From Rebecca billardiae RCC1528 (taxonomy: Eukaryota > Protista > Haptophyta): a stretch of DNA of 64,000 nucleotides. How positions within the stretch are numbered: position 1 is the first letter of the stretch; each line of letters starts with the position of its first letter. The stretch is from contig OZ251223.1 of assembly GCA_965240325.2 (NCBI GenBank), positions 3,162,001 to 3,226,000 of the forward strand, read 5' to 3'. A program made the translations under genes and the position numbers. Shown in pieces: positions 49,201 to 59,311 of the stretch. The notes under the pieces are model-generated. The model ran no database searches and was not told the DNA's origin. It worked only from the letters and a program-made list of their open reading frames with translations.

Positions 49201-52200
49201 GCTGCTGCGCAAGCAGCCGCTCACGATCCACTGGTTCCTCGAGCAGATGATCTTCCCCGCGTTCATGCAGCACCAGGTGACCAAGCTCTCCGCGTCGGGG
49301 CAGGAGGTGGGCGGGGAGATGCTCTTCTCGACGAGGCTTGGCTTCTCGGGCACGCCCTCGGACCTGCTGCCGCGCGCGCTCGGCCGGTGCGGGTACGAGA
49401 AGGGCTCGGACGGCAAGATGCTCTCGGTGCTCACCGACGCGGAGGTGGTCTCCTGGACCGTGATGGAGCACGGCTGGACCGTCGAGACGCTGCTCACGAC
49501 CGTCGCCACCCTCGAGCCGCGCGTGCACGCGCTCATCGACACGGGCGCGCTCATCACCGGCCTCAACAACCTGCAGGTCGCGCAGTTCCTGCTGCGCGTG
49601 CCCGCGTTCGCCGCGTGGTGCGAGGGCGTGGTCTTCCTCGACGAGGCCGACCAGAAGATGATCTACGTCCGCTCCACGCGCCGCGTGCTCAAGCTCTCGC
49701 AGTCGGGCATCTCGCCGCACGCGCGCTTCACCTTCTTTGACCAGGTGCACACGACGGGCATGGACATCGCGCAGCACTCGGACGCGCGCGCCGTGCTCAC
49801 GCTGGGCAAGGACATGAACTTCCGCGACTACGCGCAGGGCGCGTTCCGCATGCGCGGGATCGGCGCGGGGCAGAAGATCTCGCTGCTCCTCATCCCGGAG
49901 GTGCAGGGCCTCATGTGCAGGCAGCTCGCCAAGGCGGGGTACGCGCGGCGCGCGCTCGCGCTCGCGCACGCCGACGAGCCGACGGCCGTCATCGCCGCCG
50001 CCGCCGCCGACGCCGACGCCGACGCCTCGGCGCCGCTGGTGCTGCAGCTGGAGGACGTGGCCGCGTGGCTGGTGATCAACTCGATGAAGGCGGAGACGAC
50101 GCAGTACGACCAGCTCTGCTCGCAGAACCTCGCCAACGTCTGGCGGCTGAGCGCGTTCAGCGAGCTGATGCGCGGGTACACGCACTTCAAGGTGCGGCCC
50201 GAGGACGCGCACCAGTTCGTGCTCGACTCGCTGGGCCACGCGTTCCTCTCGGCGAAGCTGGGCACGACGGGGCGCGGCGCGATCGAGGGGAAGGCGGTCG
50301 CGCTCTTCTTCGGCGCGGTCGGCGACGACTCGGACGCGGGCGACCTCGAGATCGACGCGGACCTGGTGAACGCGGTGCGCACGGCGCACGGCCAGTTTGG
50401 GCAGAGCTTCGAGGTGGTGTACGTCTCCTCCTCCGCCTCGCTCGAGTGGTTCAACGACGCGTTCGGCGAGATGCCGTGGCTCGCCGTGCCGTTCACGCAC
50501 TCCGCGCGGCGCAAGCTGCTGCGCGAGACCTTCGGCGTGGGCGAGCGCGCGCAGGTCGTGCTCATCGACAGCGACGGGCACACGATCACGCGCGAGGGCG
50601 CGCGCCTCTTCCAGCTCGCGGCCGCGTGGGAGGCGGCGGAGAAGGCGCACGCGGACAAGCTCAAGGGGATGGAGTACGAGTCGGAGGCGAAGGGGAAGGA
50701 GGCGGCGCTGCTCGCGAAGGAGGAGGCGCGCATCGAGCCACTCCGCGCCGCGCACAAGCGCGCCCTCCGCTGGCTAAGCGCGCTCGGCCCAGACGAGCTG
50801 GGCGAGGTGCGCGCGTTTGCGAGTGCGCCTGAGGTGCCCGAGGCCGTGCAGGCGACGCTCGACGAGGCGACGGCGGCGCACGGCCGCGCGATCGAGGGCG
50901 TGCGCGCGCTGACGCAGTCGCAGGTGGAGCAGCTCGCCGCGCCGCCCACCGCCAGCGGCCCGCTGCTCAGCCTCGCCGCCGTGCTCTGCAGCTTCTTCGG
51001 CGTGCGCCCCGACTGGACGTCCTTCCGCGCCAAGCTGGCGGTGTTCCCCGGGCTGGTCAGTCGCGTGGCCAAGTTCGAGCCGAGCCTCGTGCAGGGCGCG
51101 GCGAGCCGCGCGCTGCAGCGGTACGTGGGCGGCGTGAGCGAGGCTGACGCGCCCGCGCTGGGCATGGCGGGCGGCGTCGCCGCGCTCGCGCTGCACCGCT
51201 GGGTGCTCGCGCTCGGCGCGCTGCTCGAGGCGAGCGACGAGGCGCGGCGCGCGACCGAGGTGTCAGGCGCGAGCGCGCTCATGCGCGGCGCGTGCGCGTG
51301 CGCGTGCGACCTGCTCGGCCTCGAGGACGTGCACGACCTGCCCGGCCTGCTCGCCGTCGCGATGGCGGCGGGCGGCCCGCTGCCCGCCGCGGCGCTCACC
51401 GCCGCGCACGCCGCGGACGCGCCGCTCGCGCCCGGCCCGGCGGCCGGGCTCGTCGCGGGCGCGGACGCGGGCGCGTGCGCGGACGAGGAGGAGGAGGAGG
51501 AGGGAGGCGACGCCGCGTCGATCGAGGCGGCGCAGTCGCGGCTGATGCGGATGCGCCAGTTCGCCGCGATGCTGGACAAGGACATCAAGACGGCCAAGCT
51601 CGCGGGCGCGCCGCTCCTCGAGCGCGCCGCGACGCAGGCCGGCCGGCTGAGCAACAAGGCGGCCGCGTTCGAGCGACTGCTCAAGGAGCCGGCTGCGCTC
51701 GAGTCGGACGAGGCGACGCGCGACGCGCTGCTCTTCACGTGCAAGGTGCTCGAGCCGGAGCCGCCGCGGGAGAAGGGGGAGAAGAAGGGCGCGCCGGCCG
51801 AGCCGCTGCTCGTGCAGGCGAAGCGGCTCCTCGGCTGGGCCGCGGGCGCGCCGGGCCTCTCGTACGCCGCCTTCTCCGCGTTCTGCGGCCGTCTGCGCGA
51901 GGTGCCCAACGAGATCGAGAACGGCCGGCTGCGCGTCGAGGAGTGGTCGCGCCTCGCCGCGCTCGCCTCGCGGCTCAAGATGGGGATGAAGGACAAGCAC
52001 GAGTACGACGGGAAGGCGGCGCACCCGTGCGTGCTCGAGCTCGCCAACTGGGTGACCGCGATCGGCGAGTACCTCGAGTCTTACTCCGAGCTGATGCGCA
52101 AGCAGAAGCAGCTCGAGGCGGTGCGCGCCGAGGCGGCCGCTGCGCAGCGCGAGCTCGACGAGAACCTGCAGAGCGCCATCGCCGCCGAGTCGTCGGCGCT

Positions 52201-55200
52201 GCCCGCCGACATCGACCCGCTCACGCTGCGCGCGGTGCGCAAGCGCGTGCGCCGCGCGGGCTTCAACGCGCCCACCGCCGCCGCCATCGCCGCGCTGCAG
52301 CACGCCGCCAACCGCGAGGACGACGCGGTGGCGCTGCTCGAGCAGGTGCCGACCGCGCGGCACGCGCTGCGCGCGCTCACGCAGCCCGAGCTGCTCGCGT
52401 GCGTCTCGCCCGGCGCGGTGTCGGCGAAGCAGCTGCGCAAGGTGGGCCGCGCGCTGCGCGAGGCCGAGCTGCGCGCGCACTCCGACGCGGTCGGCGAGCA
52501 CCTCGCCGCCGTGCAGGCGCAGGCCGACGCGTGGGCCGAGGCGCGCAAGAAGGCGGCCGCGCGCCGCAGGCGGCACGCGGCCGCGGCCGCGCGCGCGCGC
52601 GCCGCCGCCGCGCCAGCCGCGGACGGCGGCGCGGACGGCGGCGCGGACGGCGGCGCGGACGGCGGCGCGGACGGCGGCGCGGACGGCGGTGCGGACGGCG
52701 GCGCGGACGGCGGCGCGGACGGCGGCGCGGACGGCGGCGCGCCCGCGGCCGCCTCTGCCGTGGCGGCGGCCGCAGCCACCAAGCTGCGCGCGGCCGCCAA
52801 GCGGCGCAAGGCCGTGGCGCCCAAGCGCGCGCGCGCCCGCCGCGCGTACTGCGCGCAGCGTGCCGAGTGCGAAGGCAGCGGCAGCTCGGCCATCGCGGAC
52901 GAGGAGAGCGACGAGGACTTCTCGCCCTCCGAGTCGGAGGAGGACGGGCTTGAGCGCGAGGAGGAGTGGACGGAGGACGAGGTGGAAAGCGACAGCGACG
53001 AGGAGGACGAGGAGGAGGAGGAGGAGGACGACGACGACGACGACGAGGACGAGGACGAGCAGACGGCGGAGGAGGCGGGCTCGGAGGCGGCGAGCGCGCG
53101 CGGCAGCGCGCCCGCGGCCGCAGATGCAGAGGGCGGCGCGCCCGCCGCCGCGGACGGCGAGGCGGACGTGCCGGACGACGCGTCGGACGCGACGTACGTC
53201 GGCGCGGACGACACGCTCGTCGAGGTCGACGGCATCCGGCTCACGCGCGCCGAGCAGGCGCTGCTGTGCTGGGTGGTCGCCACCGCCTCGCTCGCGACCG
53301 CGCTGCAGGCGTCCGAGCCTCAGCGGCACAAGGTGTCCGCGCTCGAGAAGCGGATGGCGGCGCGCACGCGCGAGCTCGACCGCGCGCTCGCGCACAAGCA
53401 GAGCCGGCTGCGCGCCAAGGCGGAGCTCCTAGGCGTCCGCCCCTTCCCCCGCTGGGCTGACTTCCCCTGGGTGTGCCACAAGGCGCACTCGGCGGTCGAG
53501 GACGAGCTGAGACTGGCGATCGGGCTGCGCGACCTGCGCCGCCTGGACGAGCTCGTGCCGGGCGCGGAGGCGAAGGGGCTGCTCAAGGGGACGAGCGCGG
53601 TGCTGTTCGAGGCGCAGGAGCTGCGCGCGCTGCTGCGCGCCGAGGGCGCGGCGATGCGGCGCACCACCGAGCCCTCCCTGCACGAGCTCGACTGCGCGGA
53701 GGGCGGAGCCCCCTTCGGCGGCGACGCGGGCGCGCGCGCGGTGCGGGCGTCGAGCGCGCCCGCGCCCGCCGCGCGCCAGCCGACCTCGGAGCGCAGCGCG
53801 CAGCTCAACCGCGCGCTGGACGTGTTCCTCGAGCCCGTGCAGACCGAGGTGCTCGACGGCGTGCCCCGGCCGCGCCGCTTCGTCGACGTCCTCTCCGAGC
53901 GCGCGGACGAGTTCCTCGACTTTGTGCGCACGGCCGAGGAGATGGGCGTGGTGGCGGCCATCCTGCAGAGCGTCGCCGCCTCGGAGGGCGTGGGCGACAT
54001 CGAGACGGAGCAGTGCCGCGAGCAGGAGGCGGAGAAGGAGAAGGACCAGGAGCAGGAGCAGGAGATCGAGATGGAGCGGTACGCCGACCTCGCCTACCAG
54101 CGCGACGGCGAGGAGGTGCGCCGCTGGCCGCTCGCCGCGCTGGGCGACGAGGGCGCGCTGCTGGGCGCGGGCACGGTCTACCCGGCGTCCGGGCTGCGGC
54201 TCTACTCGCGCTCGCCGCTGCCCTTCCCGCCCGCGCTGCACGTCTCGCGCAACTACTTCGACCTGCACTGGGTGGGCGAGCGCCGGCTCAAGAACGTCAT
54301 CTGCGCGCTCGACTGGGCGCCCTCGGTGGCCGCGCTCGCGCCCGCGCCGCCGCGCCGCGCCGAGCTCTCGGCCGCGCAGCGCGACCGGCTGCGCAAGGCG
54401 GTGCGGCTGCTCGACGTGGACGACGCGGGGCACTTCGCGCCGGACAAGCTGGTCGAGGCGCTGCGCTCGGCCGAGGACATCTCGCTCACCGAGCCCGAGC
54501 TGCACGAGCTGCTCGCGCACGCGCACGCCTCTGCGCCCGCGGCGGACGGCGGCGCCGACGGCGGCGCCGACGGCGGCCGCGCGGCCGCGCCCGTGCACGC
54601 GCGGCCGCTCACGTTTGAGCAGCTGATGGGCGTGCTCACGTCGGGCGTGTACAGGCGCGAGCAGCTGGGCCGGCGGCGCGTGGTCGTGTCGCTCGCCGAG
54701 GCCGAGACGCTGCGCTGCGTGCTGCACCTGCGCCACGCCAGCGGCGCGCCGCTCGTGCCGGGCGCGGACGTCGGTCTCGCGATCCGGTGCGTGAGTGCGA
54801 ACGACGCGCTGCTCGACAGCTCGGCGGCGTGGACGCCGCCGCTGGAGTACGAGGGCGCGGCGATGCACAACTGCTGCCGCTTCATCGACTGCGCGATGCA
54901 CTTCACCCCCGCCGAGCTCAACGTGCTCCTCCGCTCGATCCCCGCCGAGCCCGCCCGGCGGCGCATCTGGTTCTCGCAGACGCTCGCGTGCCGCCGCCGG
55001 CTGTCCAAGCGTTGGGAGCAGACGCCGCTCGCCAAGCTCTTCACGCTCGAGGACGAGTGGGCGATGCTCAAGCAGCGCGCGCAGGCGGTGCGCGTGCGCG
55101 CGGCGATCCGCGCGCGCGGTCTCCTGCTGCACGACGCCTTCACCAAGTTCGACGCCGACCAGAACGGCCTCCTCTCGCTGGGCGAGGTGTACGGCGCGCT

Positions 55201-58200
55201 CGAGTGGCTCCGGCTGCCCGAGCTCACGGCCGCTGACATCCTCTTCTTTGTGCGCTCCATCTCCAAGGAGGCGCACGTCACGTACGCCGAGTTCATCGAG
55301 GCGCTGTGCTCGCCCGAGGAGGCCGAGGCGATCCACCTCGGCGTCGGCGCGGGCGGCGACGCCGAGCGCGCGCCCGCCGCCGCCGCCGCGGTGGCGGCGG
55401 GCGCGCACGGCGGCGCGCCCGGCGGCGCGCCCGGCGGCGCGAGCGGCGCGGCGCGGCAGCGCTCCGAGGTGGTGCCGCGCGACGAGGCGGCGCTGCACGA
55501 CCTGCTGCACGAGACGCTCTCGTCCGAGCGGCGCGCGGAGGAGGCGCTCGAGCAGGCAGAGGCGCGGCTCGTGCAGCACGCCGCGAGCGCGCTCGAGGCG
55601 CAGTTCGTCGAGTCGGACTTCTCGTGGATGCGGCAGACGCGCCGCTCGAGCGCGCTCAACCCGCGCACGACGCGCACCTCGAGCTTCTACGACCTCTCGC
55701 GCGGCGTGGTGGGCTCGCAGGAGGGGAAGCCGCTGTGGATGGACGGGCGGGGGAAGTGGCTCTTCGTGCGGCACGGCGGGCTGCGCTGCCTCAAGGGCTG
55801 GCCCTCCACCTTCCTCGTCCTCCGCGTCCCCTTCCGCAAGAACGGCGGCGGCGTGCACCTCAACCAGTTCTCCGTCTCGCTCACGCTCAAGCTGGTGGAC
55901 GACGGGCCGCGCAACCTGCTCTCGACCGCGGGGTGGGACCAGTGGAGCACGGCGAAGGAGCACGACGAGGAGGCGCAGGTGCGCCGCGTCGAGACCGGCC
56001 ACGTCGGCTCGCTCGACGCGTACGGCGACGCCGACGCGCCCACGCTCGAGCCGGGCGAGTGGGTGACCGTCACAATCACCGTCGACACGGTCGTGGGCGC
56101 GCTCCGCACGTACATCAACGGCGAGCCCGCCGCGTCGCTCAACTCGGCCAAGGTGGGGAAGGACTCGCAGTTCGCGCTGAAGGGGCGGCTCGCGCTCTTC
56201 TTCTCCAAGCACAAGCCGTCCGACGACGACGACGACATGGACATGGCGTACTACGTGCGCGCCGCCGCGATCCACAACCGCGTGCTGAGCGCTGACGGCA
56301 TCCGCAAGGAGGCGGAGGTGCACCGCAAGATGCTCATCGAGGACGCGATCGGCGCGGCGCCGCGGCACTTTGGGCTGGCGCTGGAGGAGGCGCACGCGGA
56401 GGCGCCGTTCACGCACCTCGACGAGCTGCGCGCCAAGCTCAACGAGATGCGCGCCGCCGCCGACCGCGCGGCCAACGAGCTCTGGTCCGCGCTCGCGTGC
56501 AGAGACGAGCGCGCGGCCGCGGACGTGCTCGACGGCGCGTCCGCGCACCACCTGGCGCACCTGCTGCACTGGCGGCGGCGCGGCGTGCCGCCGGTCGCGG
56601 ACGAGCAGACCGCGCCGCTGGGCGAGACGCTGCTGCACCAGGCCGCATTCGCCGGCTCGATCCCGACCATCGAGGCGCTGCTCACCGAGGAGGCGTCGGA
56701 GGAGGCGCAGCGCGAGAGGGCGGGGCGGCCGCTCTCGCCCGTGCTCGAGCACGCGCACGCGCACGGCCAGCCGCACGGCCAGCCGCATGGGCAGCAGCAC
56801 GGCGGCGCGGCGGAGCCCGGCGCGGCGGAGCCCGGCGCGGCTGCGGCTGGCGCAGCGGCCGCAGCGCAGCCGGCGGCCGGTGCGGGCGGCGGCGGCGCCG
56901 CCGCCGCCTCGCCGCCTGTGCGCGTGCGCGTGCGGCTCGCCGAGCTCGCGCCCGACGTGGAGACGGCCGACCTCGTCGCGCTGCTCGAGCGGCACGGGGC
57001 GCGCGTGCTGGCCGGCAGCGCGGCCGTGGACACGGACGCTGCGACGCTCGAGTGCGCGGGCACCGGCGTGGCCGAGGTGGAGATGGCGCACCTGCCGGCG
57101 GCGCGCGCGCTGCTCGCGGTACGCGCGCCGCGCCCCGATCCGCGCGCGCCCACGCCACGCGCGCACGTGGCCTCACCGCCGCGCGCGCACGTCTGCACCG
57201 GCTGCGCTCGACCGCGGCGCCGCGCGCGTGCGCGCAGGCACTCAACGGCGCGACGCTGTGCGGCGCGGCGCTGCGCGCGACCGCGGAGCCCGAGCTGCCG
57301 CCAGACGCAGTGGAGGTGCCGCCCACGGCGCCCGCGAGCCCCAGGCATCGCGCGCGGGCGCACAGCCAGCCCAGGTCGCCCGCCGCGCGCGTCGCCTCGC
57401 AAGACGAGGGTGGCTGGGCGGCGGACGCGCGCCCGCGCACGCTCCCTCTGAACAGGCGCGGCCGACGCACCAAGTGCACGCCGCTGCACGCGGCCGCGGC
57501 CGCGGGCCACGCGGACGTGATTCGCATACTCCTGGATGCGGGTGTGCGCACGCGCCGGCGGCCGCGCGCGCCCGGCGCGGCCGTGCGCGAGAGGGGGGGA
57601 TGGGCTGGTCGCGGCGTCGCCTGCGCGGCCGACTGCATGCCACGGACTCACGGCTGCTGGGCGCCGCGCACGCGCTGCGCTGCCTGGTCCGCCGCGCGCA
57701 GGCGCTGCGGTCGAGCCGCTGTCCGCGGCCGGCCGCACGCCGCTGTACATGGCATGCAGCCGCGGCTGGGGCGACGCCGCGCTCGTGCTCGTCTCTGCAG
57801 GTGCGCCGCCGCCTCCGCCTGCCTGCCTGCCGCCGCGCGCGCCCGACCCCGCATCCGCGACTCTGCCGCCGTGGCCCGCGCCGCCAGCCCTGGGGCATGC
57901 TCCCGGGCAGGCTCTGCCGACGCTCACGCGACCCGCGCGCCCGTGCCCGCGCGCTGGCTCGGCCGCAGGCGCGGATCCGTACACCTCGTCGGCGGGCGAG
58001 GCGCCGCTCTCCCTGCTGCGCAAGTGGGGCGGCACCGAGGCGTCGACCGAGGTGTGCCGCAAGCTCGCCGCCGCGTGGGAGGAGGTGAGCGGCAAGGGCG
58101 CCGCCGAGGCCGCGGCGGTGCGCGCGGGCGTGGACGGCCAGAGCTCACGGGCAGACGACAGCGATAGCAGCAGCGACGACGAGGCAGCCCAGCGCGCGTC

Positions 58201-58369
58201 GGCGGCGGATGCACCGGCCAAGGAAGCCGAGGACACGGAGGACGACGACGACCTCAGCGACCTCTATGGCTCCGAGGACGACGAGTTTGGAGAGCGCGGC
58301 GATGCGGACGAGGAGGACTCGGACTTCTGGGACGAGGACGCGTCCTCGTACGACGAGGAGGAGTACTGA
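37280..58369 (+). CDS. Giant (about 6880 aa) DUF3638/DUF3645 SF2-like P-loop ATPase with LamG-like, thioredoxin, dynein-stalk-like, EF-hand, RRM and ankyrin domains; 4 exons
   Basis: Exons 37280-57118, 57238-57541, 57702-57800, 57969-58369 (GT-AG introns; 20643 nt, in frame). Motifs: MGGGKTT (47732), DEVD (48137), AIPFVGKDVP..SEFAHPD (about 48830), GFSGT (49340), DQVHTTGMDI (49739), QGAFRMR (49835), WCPPC (40109), DADQNGLLSLGE (55151), TPLHAAA/TPLYMAC ankyrins. Strong GC3 bias throughout. Confidence 0.9.
52619..52738 (+). repeat. Coding 12-bp minisatellite x10 (ADGG repeats)
   Basis: GCGGACGGCGGC x10 with one synonymous variant, inside the giant ORF. Confidence 0.95.
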
Positions 58370-58795
58370 GATGACTGCGGAGGGCCGTGGCGCGGCGCTC
58401 GCCGCACCCGATGGCGACACCCCACATCACTGACTGTGACAAATACGGGATCAAGGCGGGTCTGCGCCATCGATGATCGAGCGCATGACCAGATGAACTA
58501 CGAGCGCGAATGCGACGACTAGAAAAACAAGCTCTACTGACAGCGACGATGACCGGACGACAGTCCGAGCCGGAGGCGCTGAGACTTCGACAGCGCCGAC
58601 GCGCATGCGCTGCGCGGTCTGTCACGGCTGCGCCGTTAGCACAGGGGCTTTAGCAGATACGGGCAGCAGATAATAACCGTTATTAACGGTTATTTTCCGT
58701 TTAGTTAGCCTATAGCATCAGATAACTTTATTCAGATAGTGAATATAGTGACCGATACTGATTCGGCAGCAGGCGAAACTCTGCTGGCGCACCAA

Positions 58796-59311
58796 TCACG
58801 AGTCAGAACGCATCAGGCTGTTTATCTGTGTCAGAAGTAGGTCTGGTGATGATAACACGGCGCGCATTCGACGAGGACGACGGCTCGGCACTGGGCTGCG
58901 AGCGGGCGTCGTGCGTGAGCTGCATGGCGCATCAGCCTCGTCACCTGAAGATCCAAGAGCATTGGAGTCCTCGCTGGTGGCATCACTCGAATCATCGGCG
59001 TCGCGCGAGGTATCGTCGCGGTCTGAGCTGACGCTGCTAGCGCCTGAAGCTTCTGCGCTTTGGCCCCAGGGCAACGAGCTTGCACTCGAGGCGTCGCCAA
59101 CGAGAAGCACGGCGGAAAGGGTGGCAGCCCGAAGGAGAGCACGGCGATCGATCAAATGTTCTGGTCCGACGCCAAACGGGGAGCCCGCTTGGGGCAAAGG
59201 GGCCTCGAGATGTCGCGCCCCCCAGCTAGCGCGCAGCGACTGATGGCGCAGGCCTGCCCCACCAAGCAGGGGCCAATGTGCCCCCGCCGGGACGGCCGGC
59301 GGCGGCGCCAT
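58796..59311 (-). CDS. Possible small acidic protein with twin-arginine-like signal
   Basis: 171-aa frame from ATG 59311: DRRALLRAATLSAVLLVGDASSA followed by a D/S/E-rich tail. Overlaps one candidate AKR start, so weak. Confidence 0.25.
   Translation of the reverse strand: MAPPPAVPAGAHWPLLGGAGLRHQSLRASWGARHLEAPLPQAGSPFGVGPEHLIDRRALLRAATLSAVLLVGDASSASSLPWGQSAEASGASSVSSDRDDTSRDADDSSDATSEDSNALGSSGDEADAPCSSRTTPARSPVPSRRPRRMRAVLSSPDLLLTQINSLMRSDS

Noticed and set aside
41057-50755. 3232-aa minus-strand ORF and the other long overlapping ORFs across the giant gene
   Set aside because: Antisense or frame-shifted shadows caused by extreme GC3 bias; Arg/Ala-rich with no motifs, while the plus frame carries all recognisable domains.
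37184-57451. ORF-track boundaries of the giant protein (6755 aa)
   Set aside because: 37184 is a TTG; the first ATG is 37280. The Arg-rich last about 110 aa are intron read-through; splicing restores RRM and ankyrin motifs to the stop at 58369.
2744-58369. A co-functional defence cluster (TIR-like receptor, channel, aegerolysin, giant ATPase)
   Set aside because: Genes are interspersed with housekeeping genes (TRM8, ZEP, CTL, CFAP161); proximity in a compact eukaryotic genome is not evidence of a shared pathway without synteny or co-expression data.
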